This document shows positions 31,100 through 47,823 of a DNA stretch of 64,000 nucleotides, piece by piece. Source of the stretch: the human T2T-CHM13v2.0 reference genome, Homo sapiens; NCBI RefSeq assembly GCF_009914755.1, contig NC_060941.1; one strand, 5' to 3'. Position 1 is the first letter of the stretch. Each line of letters begins with the position of its first letter. The notes beneath the pieces are model-generated. The model was not told the DNA's origin. It saw nothing but the letters and a program-made list of their open reading frames with translations, and did no database searches. Position numbers and translations under genes: made by a program.

Positions 31100-33288
31100 T
31101 TTCTTTTTTTTTTTCTTTAACAAAATTTTTACTTAATAAATGGTTAAAATCGCAGTGCCAAAAATACATTCACATTTAGCAATTTCACTGAAAGGAAGAA
31201 ACTACAGAATGCACGGTTTCAGAAAGCTATTTTAAGTTATTTACAAATAAAGTATCTAAAACTCAAAAACAGGCTGTGTGTGCTATATCTCGTTTATCCC
31301 TTCCCGAACAAAATTTCTGTTATTTGGGCAAATTCTTAAATCATGATTTAAACCGTAATGGTTACAAACCACAAACACATCCATCCAAAGACTGAAACCA
31401 TTTTTATCCGGTCAGTGGCAAAACTGTTGAAAGGGCAATAGTTGAAGCTGTTGGGTTTTATATAGTGTGAACTCTGATAAATATTCCTACCAGGACTAAA
31501 ACACAGCACACTTTGCAGGCATGGCTGACTCACAAAGGTTGTAACAAACAAGAACTACTCTTCACTCGACACCATGGCTCAGAGGCCACCGAGAAGCACG
31601 AGTGACTGACAGCTCCTCTGCTTACAAACGAATGAAACCCAAAGTGGATGTCGTTCTCACAGCACTGAAAGTGCTTCAGGACTCACACTGATCCAATACT
31701 AACTTTCTTCCCTATTTTACACATATTTTTCTACTGTCCAGTGGAAATCATTTTCTGTTTTGGCTAAACAACAAATACTAGTTTATAACAGGAATGGTAA
31801 AATCTGTGAGAATTCTGCTCAATTTAATACAAGATCACTACTTTCTTTAGAATGGTTTCTGCGTGTTTCTATGTCACCCTCTGTATTTTTAGCTTCCAGT
31901 TTCCTGGTAAGGAATAAGTTCTCCTTCCCAGTCACACTCGGGGTCATTTACACGTTTCTGGGATGCCCTCGCTCGTCCATGGAGGCCAGGTGCGTGCAGT
32001 GACTCACTCTGCCTCTTCCCTCTTCTCAGGACCAGTCCCCGAACCTTCTGCCTTGCAGATCCTCCTGTTTCCGCCACACTCTCGCGCTCGGAAGTGAGCT
32101 CCTGGATCATACAGCTGCAAGGCTGGCCGGTCCTTGTTTGCCAGTCGCTCTTTTCTGGGTGCTGGACTGTCGTCACACCTCTGCGCTCTTCCCAGTCTCT
32201 CCATGGCCTCCCCCGGAGCCCCGCTGTCCTGGCTCCCCTTCTTCCCTCTGTCTTGGCCAGGTCCTTTCCCCCATCTCTGCTCATCCTCACTCCTTCTGGA
32301 AAGCCGGTCAGGCTCGTGGTGAGCTCTGTGCCTCCTGCCGTCATCCACATGGTGTCTTTGTGATTCAGATTCTTGTTCTTGAGATCTCTCCACATCCCTG
32401 TGCTCTTTATCACTGCCGCTGTGTGACGTCTCCTGGGGCTCCTTCAGCGAGCCTTCCACGGGCCTGGCTTTTACGACTGCACCGGGAGCACAGGATTCCT
32501 GCTTGCCACCTCCAGTATCAATCTCCTCTCCTCTTTCTTTTGGTTTCTCTGTGGTTGGTTCCTCTCCCTTTTCTGGTTTCTTAAGAAGCTTAATCCTTAC
32601 TTCTTTCTCTGCAATTTTCTTCTGTTTATCTGTCTCTCTCTCTTTTTTTTTTTTTTTTTTGCATCTTTCTTCTTTTCTTCTTTTTTCCTCTTCCCGCAAA
32701 CGTTTATTTTCTAACTCTCTCCTCCTCCGTTCTTCTCGCTTCTCTTCTCGAATTCTCTGCTTTTCTAATTTTCTATTTTTAATATATTCCAAAAGAGGTG
32801 TGGTTCTTCTAGCAATGAGCTCTCTTGTCTTCGCCTCCATCTCCCCCAGCAGAGTCTCAGGGTTGGCACTGGTCTTCTCTTCCTCCACACAGTAGGTTTC
32901 TAAAAACTTCTTATATTCTGGATCTTTGCTGTCAAGGAAGATATAACCATCAAAACGATCTCTAAAAAGAAGGATGTCATCAGGATTCCTAAAATTAATG
33001 TATGCTCTTGAGTAGAGATGAGGATAAAGACTCAGGTCGGCGGCGAAGAACTCGAAGTAGTCGTGTGCTGGCAGCGGGCGCAGCTGCTCCTCCAGCTGCT
33101 CCTTGGTGAGGCCCGGAGGCAGGCGGCAGATGACCACCTGCGGGGAGCGCGCGGCCGTTCCCACCGGGGCGGAGCGTGGACAAGGAGCTCAAAAGGCACC
33201 GCGTACCGCGCTGGGAGGCCCGGCCCCCGCCCCTCCCTCCTCTCCCTTCTCTCCCTTCTCTCCCTCCCCTCCCTCCCCTCCCTCCCCT
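31100..33288 (-). pseudogene. UPF3AP1: UPF3A processed (semi-processed) pseudogene/retrocopy (UPF3AP1 if the host is CCDC144A, UPF3AP2 if CCDC144CP)
   Basis: Intronless UPF3A-like frame 32004-33137 (RRM-like VVxxRLPP...YSRAYINF...FDGYIF; C-terminal NKDRPALQLYDPG); ~880-nt 3'UTR; AGTAAA at 31128-31133; poly(A) at ~31100-31118; 17-bp TSD ctaggtcccaatttttc at 31083-31099 and 33289-33305. Confidence 0.93.
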
Positions 33289-35348
33289 CTAGGTCCCAAT
33301 TTTTCATTTTGACTTTTGTTGCAATTGCTTTTGAGGGCTTATTCATAAATTATTTTCAGAGGCTGATTTCTAATAGTGTATTTCTTAGGTTTTCTTGTAG
33401 GATTTTTATAGTTAGAGGTCTTATTTTAAGAATGTAATTCAGCTTTCATTAATTTTTGTATGTGGTGATAGCTAGGGGTCAAGTTTCATTCTTCTGTGTA
33501 TGGATAATCAGTCATCCCAGCACCATTTATTGAATAGGGAGTCCTTTCCCCATTGCATATTTGTGTCGGCTTTGTCAAAGACCCAATGGTTGTAGTCATG
33601 TGGCTTTATTTCTGGGCTCTCTGTTCTGTTCCATTGGTCTATGTGTCTGTTTTTGTGCCAGTACCGTGCTGATTTGTTTAGTGTAGCGTTTGTTTACTGT
33701 AGTATAGTTTGAAGTTGGGTAATGTGATGCATCAGGCTTGGTTCTCTTTGCTTAGGATGGCTCTGGGTGTTTGGGCTCTTTTCTGGTTCCATATGAAATT
33801 TTAGAATAGTTTTTTCTAATGCTGTGAAAAATGACATTAGTAGTTTGATAGGAATGGTATTGAATCTGAAGATTGCTTTGGGCAGTATGGCCATTTTAAT
33901 GCTATTGATTTTTCCAATTCATGAGCATGGAATGTTTTGCCATTTTTTTGGTGTCATCTATTTGGTGTCATGATTTTTTTCAGCAGTGTTTTGTAGTTCT
34001 CCTTGTAACCACCTTTCATCTCTGTAGTTAGATGCATTCCTAAGTATTTTGCTTTTTTGTGTGTGGCTATTACAAATTGGATTACATTCTTGATTTGTCT
34101 CTCAGCTTGAACTTTATTGGTATGTAGAAATGCTATGGATATTTTTACATTGATTTTTGTGTCCTGACTGAAGTCATTTATCAGTTCCAGGATAAATTGG
34201 CAAACTCTAGAGTTTTTTAGGTACAGAATCATATCATCAGCAAAGAGAGATAGTTTGGCTTCTTTTCCTTTTTGGATGCCTTTTCTTTCTTTCTTTTTCC
34301 TGATTGCTCTGGCTAGGAGTTCCAGTACTATGTTGAATACATACGGTGAGAGTGGGCATCTTTGTCTTGTTCCAGTGGGCAAGGGGAATGCTTCCAACTG
34401 TTTTTGTTCTTTTTTCTTTAATTTTTTTCTTTACTATTTTATAGAGACAAGGTCTCACTGTGTTGCCCAGCCTGGTCTCAGACTCCTGGCCTCAAGTGAT
34501 TCTCCTGTCTTCGCCTCCCAACATGCTGGGGTTACAAGCATGAGCCAGTGCACTTAGCCCCCACTTCCAGCTTTTGCCCATTCTGTATGGTTTTAGCTGT
34601 GGGTTTGTTATAGAGTGGCCTTTATTATTTTGAGGTCTGTTTCTTTGATGCCTAATTTGTTGGGTGTTTTTTTCATGAAGGGATGATGGACGTTATTGAA
34701 AGCTTTTTTGCATCTTTTGAGTTGATCATATGGTTTTTAGTTTTCATTCTGTTTATGTGGTGAAACACATTTATTGATTTGTGTACTTTGAACCAATTGC
34801 ATCACAAAAATAAAGCTGACTTGATTGTGGTGAAGTAAGTTTTTGATGTGTTGCTGGATTTTGTTTGCTGATATTTTATTGAAGACTTTGGTGTCTACAT
34901 TCATTGGGGATATTGGGCTGTAGTTTTCTTTATTCATTGTGTCTTTGCTGGCTTTTAGTATCAAGATGATGCTGGCATCATACAATGAGTTAGGGAGAAG
35001 TATCTCCTCAATATTTTGGAATAGTTTCATTAGGTTTGTTAACAGCTTTTCTTTGTATGTCTGGTAGAAATTGGCTATGAGTCAGTCTGATCTGAATCTG
35101 TTTTTGGCTAGTAGGTTTTTTATTACTGATTCAATTTCAGAGCTTGTTATTTGTCTGTTCATGATTTCAATTTCCTCGTGGTTCAATCTTTGTTGGTTTC
35201 CAAGGATTTATCCATTTCTCCTAGATATTCTAGTTTGTGTGTATACAGTGGTGTTCATTGTAGTCTCTGAGGATCTTTTGTATTACTGTGGGATTGGTTG
35301 TAATGTCGTCTTTGTTGTTTCTGATTGTGCTTATTTAGATGTTCTCTG

Positions 35349-35383
<35 letters not shown>

Positions 35384-38300
35384 TCTAGCTAGTAGCCTGT
35401 CAGTATTTTTATCCCTTCAAAAAGCCAACTTTTGGTTTCACTGATCCTTTGTATGGATTTTTGGGCCTCAAGTTTTCTCAGTTATGCTCTAATTTTATTT
35501 ATTTCTTTTCTGTTGCCAGCTTTGGGGTTATTTTGTTCTTGTTTTTTAGTTCCTCTCGGCGCAGTGTCAGATTGTTAATTACAGATCTGTCTAACTTTTC
35601 AACATATTTGTTTTGCACTATAAGCTTTCCTCTTATGCTGCTTTCGCTGTATCCCAGAAGTTTTGGTATGATGTTTCTTTTTGCTTATTACAAATCATTG
35701 TTTGATTTCTGCCTTAAATTCTTTCTTTTCCCAAAGTCATTTAGGAGCCAGTTGTTTGATTTCCATGTAATTGTGTGGTTTTCAGAGATCTTCTTGGTAT
35801 TCATTTCTATTTTTATTGCACTGTGGTCCAAGAGAATGGTGTTGTGTGATTTCATTTTTTAAAAATTTATCATGACTTGCTTTATGGTCAAACATGTTGT
35901 TGATCTTGGAGTATGTTCTTTGTGCAGATGAGAAAAAAGTGTATTCTGTAGTTGTTTGGTGGAGTATTCTGTAGATGTCTGTTAGGTCCAATTAGTCAAG
36001 TGTTAAATTTAAGCCCAGAAGTTCTTTGTTAGTTTTTTGTCTCAATGATTTGCCTTAACACTATCAATGAGATGTTGAAGATCCCCACTGTTATTGTGTG
36101 ACTGAGTCTTTTGGTAGGTCTGGAAGTACTTGGTTGTTTTTGAATGTGGGTGCTCCAGTGTTGGGTGGGTATGTATTTAGGATAGGGATGTCTTCTTGGC
36201 GAAGTGAATCCTTTATCATTGTGTAATGCCCTTCTTCATCCTTTTTTGGCTGTTGTTGGTTTAAAGTCTGTTTTATCTAAGAATAACAACCCCTTGCTTT
36301 TTGCATTTTATTTGCATGACAGATCTTCGTCCATCTCTTTACTCAGAGCCTGTGGGTGCCATTACATGTGAGATGTGTCTTTTGAATATAGCAGACTGTT
36401 GATTCTTATTGGTTTGTTTTATTTTAATTCAACTTGCCACTCTGTGCCTTTTAAGTGAGGCATTTAGACCATTGTATTCAGTATTAATATTTATATGTGA
36501 GATTTTGGTTCTGCCATGATGTTTTTAGCTGTTTGCTTTGTACTCTCGATTGTGTAGTTGTGTAATAGGGTCTGTGGGCTATGTACTTAGGTGTGTTTTT
36601 GTGGTAGTGGGTATTGTTCTTTCTTTTCCATATTTAGAACTCCTTAAGAATCTCTTGTAAGTCTGGTCTAGCGGTAATGAATTTCTTTAGTGTTTGTCTG
36701 GAAAAGATTGTATTTCTCTGTCACTGATGAGGCTTAGATTGGAGTGGTATGAAGTTCTTGGCTGAAATTTCTTTAAGGATGCTGACAACAGGCCCCACTT
36801 TCTGGCTTATAAGGTTTTTGCCGGAAAGAGGTCAGCTTTTCACCTGATGCAGCTGTTATAGCTGCCTGTGAGATTTTTCCTTTCGTGTTGACCTTGGAAA
36901 GTCTGATGGGCTGTGTATCTTGGGGATGGTTGTAGAGGTTCTCTGAATTTCTTGAATTTTTCCATCGACCTCTGTAATGAGATTGGGGAAATTTCATGGA
37001 CTATATCCTCAGACATGTTTTCCATGTTGCTTCCTCTCTCTCCTTCTCTTTCAGCCATGCCAATGAGTCATAGATTAGTGTCTTTACAAAATCCCACATT
37101 CCTCAGATGTTTTGTTCATTTTTAAAATGGTTTTTTCTTTATTTTTGTCTGACTGGGCTGACTCAAAAGACTGGTCTTTGAGCTCTGTAATCCTTCCCTC
37201 CGCTTGGTCTCATCTGGTTTTGAAGGTCCCTCCTGTGTTGAATTTTGCAGCTCCAGAAGTTCAGTTTGATTCTTTTTAAAAATGGCTCTGTCGTGTTTCA
37301 ACTTTTGGATGGTTATACTGGCTTCCTTGGATTGGATTTCAACTTTCTCTTTAATCTCATTGAGCTTTGTTGCCACTGAGATTCTGAATCACATGTCTGT
37401 GATAAAGCAAGTCATTACACTTTAATCTGGTGAGAATTTATAGCTGGGGAGCTAGTGTGATTTTTTGGAGGTAATGAAATGCTCTGATTTGTTGAATTGC
37501 TAGAGTTCTTGTACTGATTATTCCTCCTCTGAAAATGCTGATGTTTCTTTATCGTTTTGAAATTCCTGTCATTTGGATGGGGATTTTTGTTTTTATGTTC
37601 TTTTTTTTCTCTTGAGGGTTTGTGGTGTGTATTGTGTATAGTTGATTGGCCTTTTTTTCTGGGTGGTTTCAGATGGCCAGGACTCTACACAGGTTCCTTC
37701 CTTGTGGCTACTTTCCTGCATTGGGTTTCACAGATGTGTGTTGAAGGTATATAATGATTTTTGTTTGGTGGTGTAATTCAGTCTGCAATCCAGGAGATGG
37801 TGCTCTAGAGTACGGGCTGGCATGCCTCTTTTCTATTTCAGCGTGTTGGCAGCAGTGCTCTGGGGAAGGGGGAGAAGTAGGATTGTGAAGGCGAGAGATA
37901 ACCCCCTCACCAAATCAGTTCCTGGAACTTGGGAGAGCCCCCTCCAATCACTGGTGCCACACCTGAATTTTGAGGGCTGCACACCTCCCACCCTTAGGGC
38001 AGCGGCCCAAGCCAAAAGTTAGGTTGCCGAGAGACCTACAACTCTCTGGGGATGTGCTGGTTGTCTGGGCTTGGTAGAGTCAGAGCAGGTTGTAGAGTAT
38101 GTCTGCGGATCTGCGGGTCGTCTGTTGATATAATGTGGGTCAAGGGGGGAGGATCCCCGGGCAGGGCTGTGGTTCTGTGGGTGTGCACCTGGTGTGGTGC
38201 CTGCAGCCCAGGGTTTTTTGCCCAGCAGATGGCTGTGGGGAGCACTTAGCTCGCACTCACCCAACCAGGCCTCCCTCCAGTGTCTGCCCCCAGGGCAGGC

Positions 38301-38435
38301 CCAACTAGGTAGTTTTGTCCCCCAGCCTTCTGTGCCCAGATCAACTGGACTGTTAGCTGTTTCAGGCAGTGGTGCTCCCTCAGGCAGAGGCTGTGGACAG
38401 ACAGGTTACACCCTTCCTGGACAGATCTTGTAGAA

Positions 38436-38775
38436 CAGGGTCCCCAACCTCCAGGTGGCAGACCAGTACTGGTCTGTGACCTGTTAGGAACTGGGCCGCA
38501 CAGCAGGAGGTGAGGGGAGGGCTGGTGAGTGAGCATTACCACGTGAGCTTCGCCTCTTGTCACATCAGTAGCGGCATTAGATTCTCATAGGAGCGCGAGC
38601 CGTGTTGTGAACTGTGCACGTGAGGGATCTAGGTTGCGTGCTCCTTATGAGAATCTAATGCCTGACGATCTGAGGTGGAACAGTTCCATCGCGAAACCAT
38701 CCCCACCCCACCGTCTGTGGAAAAATTGTTTTCCACAATGCCAGCACCTGGTGCCAGAAAGGTTGGGGACTGCTG
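38436..38775 (+). mobile_element. MER1B hAT/Charlie MITE
   Basis: TIRs cagggtccccaacc / ggttggggactgctg; internal palindrome attagattctcataggagc...gctccttatgagaatctaat; degenerate 8-bp TSD ttgtagaa/ttgcagag. Confidence 0.9.
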
Positions 38776-39671
38776 TTGCAGAGGGAGCACACCCGGCTCC
38801 CACACTGACATATGAACTTGGGCCCTCTCTTCTCGGCATTGTGAGAGAGAAAGCTACTCCTCTTCTTGAGCTCAGGCCACAGACACCAGCTCAGTATACT
38901 TGAGCAGTGTGCTTGAATCCGGGGGTTATTGAGACCAGGTTCATGACTTTGTCTTCTGGTCTCATGGGGTTGAGCTTTGGCTGTGCTGAGGGTGGGGGCT
39001 GAACTGCTCCCAGGCCTCCAGCAAAGCACTCAGATGGGGCAGTGGAGGCTGTGCTGTGTGCTTACCCTTGCGTGAGTAGCTAGGCAGGGGCCTTGGGAGG
39101 GGCTGGTGGACAAGAAGGTACACAGACCAGATATGCTGCAGTCCCATGGTAAATGCAGCCCTACTGTCTTCTGGCCTGGCAGTAAGCAGGAGCTAGAGTC
39201 ACTCAGAGCAAGATGGAGAGCCTTGGGGGATGGGTGCCTATGGTCATGTTTTGCTGCAGCCGTACCAGGTGCGAAACCTTCTGGGCTGTATGCGGGTTTG
39301 AGCTCTGCCTCTGCCTATTCGCCAGCCTGTTCCTCTTGCCAGTTCAGATGTCTGTGTGGGTCCAGGGATCTCCGGGAGCTAGTATCCCAGAGTTCGTTGG
39401 TGGGAGTGTGGTGCTGCACAGTTCCTTCACCCACCCCTTCCTTAGTTTCTGGATTGGGAGGTAATCCTAGTGCTTGGTGACTCTGTGCAGGCTTCCCAGA
39501 TTTATTCCTCTTCAGCCTTGATGCCTGCATTACCTATCAAATTTCAGTGTTTTCTCTCCAAAGACCTACTCCAAGTGTGATAATTTACTTGATATTTTGG
39601 TTTCTCTCTCACAGAGAGGCATCTCCTGGCTGCATGTGGTGACCATCTTGTCTTCCCCTAAAAACATCAAA

Positions 39672-44505
<4,834 letters not shown>

Positions 44506-44560
44506 TCTGTCTATGCTGTGCATATTAAGGAATGTATAGACGTGTTTTAAAACCTGCACA

Positions 44561-46203
44561 ATTGACCCTATAACTATAATTTAAAAGATTTCTACCACTT
44601 GAAAAACACACTAATTTCTAATTATTACCTCTCACCCCACACACAGGTTTTATTTAATATGGCAGAAGACTCAGGCTTAAAGTGCAAGATCCTAACCTCC
44701 CATCACACACACACAAGTTTCATTTAATATGGCAGCAAGCTCAGGCTTGAAGTGCAAGATCCTACCATCTTTATCACAGACGGTAGGGATGCACCCTGGG
44801 TTGTGGTTTCTGCGGTATAACCCCTTGAGTGCATTTCTTGTCAACACAAAGACGTAAGAACTAAAGGGACAACTTGTCTACCACTCACCCACCCAGCATT
44901 CTCCTAAACTGCCAGAGACCCTCCTATTGAACAGAGAGAAAATGGGAGTCACAAAGGGAATATTAGACCATAGAAATTCTGAAATACAGCCTGATGTGTG
45001 CTTCCACTTACTTGATTTGGACTTCATGGGAACCATCCTCTGTGGCTTTTTGTGGTACCTTCTTGGCTCTTTGTTGTATCCTTTTCATAAGCAATGACCT
45101 GTGTTTTCAGCTAAGTAGTTTCTTCAGCCAGCTTCCTCCCTGTAGAAGCTCTTAGGTCCTAAGGCCTCTTTTCATTTTTACTGTCTTGTTGTCTTTTAAG
45201 CCAAGCTAGCAAGCAGTGCTATTGTTACTATAATTCTCTTAGAGTCTCTTGTGAATTTTACTTGAGTTCTTGTCATTGGAAAAACCACTTGTCCCAATCT
45301 CTTTGAGATAAGCACTTCACCTTGTGCTTCCTGTGAAGGAAGCACACTGTTCTGTGTAGTACGACAGTGCCTTAAGATGCGTATACCCTTAAGATCTTTA
45401 AGGGAATTTGAGGCACCACCTTAAATCTTTCTAAGGTCTTAAAATAGAGCCTTACACTGACAGTCTTGGCTTCACCTTCAGACTTTCTCCTGGCAGCACC
45501 CTGGATTTGATCTTATCTCAGAGGCCATTTATCTCAGCAATACAGATGCTCCTCAGATTAGGATGGGTTTATGTCTGGATGGCATTTGCATTTGTTATGT
45601 CTGATATTTGTAATTTATAGGCCATCATAAATTGTAAATATCAGAAGTTATGGGTGGGTTTTCCATTTACGATAATTTCCATTTACAGTGACTTTATCCT
45701 GATGTAACCACCCCTGTAAGCCAAAAGGCTTACACATATCATGTCATTACTCAACACATATCATTTTCACAGTATTATAAAAAGTCAGAAAATGGTGAGT
45801 CGAACCATGCTAAGTCAAGGACTGTCTATATTTGGGAATCTGACATGTGGAGAGGCTATAAAAAGGATACTGAACCTAGAAAGTCCTGGTTCTTTTATAT
45901 GTAGTAGTCTTTCTTTAGCTTATCTCTTGCATTGGTTTTACTTTCAGCGGCTGTGTAGTAACAGTGCCCTTTCCTTCAGGTTCCCGTATCGTTTTCTTCA
46001 CTATCCTGGAGCCCTTCCTACCAGCTTCTTCGAGGACCATCAGGCTTCCACTAACAGTCTCTTTAAAACTCTTCTTGTTTTTGTGCTTATTCTTCTGTAG
46101 GTCCTTTCAGCTTCTGATTAGCTCCTGGTCCAATGGTAATCCTACATGTTTTAGTAGTTTTTGTTGTGTTGTTGTTGTGCAATCTATATGTAGTGTCAAT
46201 ATC
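44561..46203. mobile_element. MaLR (MLT1) internal region
   Basis: Lies between two related MLT1 LTRs; MaLR-int-like motifs (aagaactaaagggacaacttgtctaccactcacccacccag). Confidence 0.5.
45543..45828. mobile_element. MER47/Tigger5-like DNA transposon
   Basis: ta|cagatgctcctc...gtcgaaccatgctaagtcaaggactgtcta|ta; TA target site. Confidence 0.65.
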
Positions 46204-46697
46204 TGTATCAGTTATTTCTTGGTATATAACAAAATGCAGTGTCTCAAAACAACATCTATTTTGTTCACAATCTGCAGTTTTAGGCAAGGCTCAGTGGGGC
46301 CAACTCCCTTTTTCTTTACTTGGCATCAGCTGAGGTGACTTAAAGCTGGGGACTAGAATCATCTAAAGGCTTGTTTATTTACCTGTGCGGCATTCGAAGC
46401 TGGCTTTTGGCTGGGACGTTAGGTAGGGAAGTCAGCTCGAACACCTACCTACATGAGGGTTCATGGTATGGTTTGGGCTTTCTCACGGCATGTTGGCTGC
46501 ATTTTAAGGACAAGCGTCCCTAGAGAGAGAGTCAGGTAGAAGCTGTGTGACTTTTTGTAACCAACTTTAGAAGTCACACAGCAGTTCTGCCACATTGTGT
46601 TCCGGAGAAACCGTTTGTCAATGCCAGCTTGTATTCAGGAGAGGGAATGTCATGGGAGAAGTGGCAAGCAATTTGTAGATGTTTTAAAACCACCACT
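46204..46697. mobile_element. MLT1 (H-like) MaLR LTR, complete
   Basis: tgtatcagtta...gttcacaatctgca...tttgtagatgttttaaaaccacca. Confidence 0.72.
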
Positions 46698-47445
46698 TCA
46701 CTTACCTTTATAAAATAAAAAACAATCATAATTATTTCCTCTAAAGGAAAGCAGTTATTTCCAACTCAGCACCACTGAAATTTCAGTGCAATTTTTTGTT
46801 GTCATTCTTTAATGTGCTCCCTTATTTTGTGTAAAGTAACAATGAATTACAAGATTGTGCTACTGAATTAAGGCATTTTTCTTCAGAAAAATGGTATGGA
46901 TCATGCCACTGAACTTTTATACTGGGAGATGTGATTGCTTCTTAACTCCAAGTATCATTACTCTTTGAAATGTAACTCAAATTAGCGTAAGACATTTGCA
47001 GTTCAGCAAAAGGCTTATGGTATTGGAATCCTTTTTTTTTTTTTCAAAATGTATTAATTAGAGTCTTATTTTCAGAGTCTTATTATGGGAGCCATTTATT
47101 GACTCAGGCCCAAATAATTCAATATGATGCCCCTAAAACTTCTCTGCAAATTATGGAGAATGATAGTGGGTTAAAGGAATAAGAGACTTTGTGCTAAAGG
47201 GGTAACTTAGAGCCATTTTAAGGAGGAAAGCCATGAAACCGTCATAGGAAAACAGAAGTCTAAGATCAAGTCCAAATGTTGTGTGGCAAAGATGATGAAA
47301 GTAAAGGATGTATTTTTGTGAATTCTGGTGGTTTTAACTTTGTTTTTAATTTTCTGAGTAATCCAAGGGTCTGTATTTTATGAATCTACAACAGTATAGG
47401 TAACATTTTATTGCAACTGAATTTATTTCAAAAATTATTAGTTTT

Positions 47446-47750
47446 GGCTGGGCGCGGTGGCTCACGTCTGTAATCTCAGCACTTTGGGAGGCCGAGGCGA
47501 GTGGATCATGAGGTCAGGAGATCGAGACCATCCTGGCTAACACGGTGAAACCCCATCTACTAAAAATAAAAAATAAATTAAAAAAAATTTAGCCAGGGGT
47601 GGTGGTGGGCACCTGTAGTCCCAGCTACTCCAGCTACGCAGGAGAATGGCCTGAACCCGGGAGGCAGAGCTTGTAGTGAGCCGAGATCCTGTCACTGTAC
47701 TCCGGCCTGGCCGACAGAGTGAGACTCCATCTCAAAAAAAAAAAAAAAAA
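47446..47750 (+). mobile_element. AluY
   Basis: TSD aaaaattattagtttt; small internal rearrangement ccagctactccagctac. Confidence 0.9.
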
Positions 47751-47823
47751 ATTATTAGTTTTTTGTTAGACCATTCTCAGTCTACCTTCTTCATTACAAA
47801 ACTATATTGTTTTACTCATGCAG

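Larger units (their letters stand above)
30040..39660 (-). mobile_element. L1 element 2, near-full-length (old L1PA/L1PB class), host of the UPF3A retrocopy and MER1B
   Basis: 3'UTR at 30040-30400; ORF2 remnants (RT peptide [11 protein letters not shown] in 33954..34397); ORF1 remnants 36773-37376; GC-rich 5'UTR ending near caagatgg at ~39650. Confidence 0.85.

Noticed and set aside
31889-32895. Overlapping alternative-frame and antisense ORFs across the UPF3A retrocopy
   Set aside because: Expected shadow ORFs of GC-rich, purine-biased coding sequence; no independent support
33032-33346. Apparent L1-UPF3A fusion ORF (MNKPSKAIATKVK...)
   Set aside because: It starts in the L1 ORF2 remnant but is out of frame with the UPF3A ORF (offset 182 nt) and stops early
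38576-38659. Long hairpin as a novel ncRNA/miRNA
   Set aside because: It is the intrinsic palindrome of MER1B
30040-39660. Near-full-length L1 as an active element
   Set aside because: ORF1 and ORF2 are broken into many short frames and interrupted by insertions
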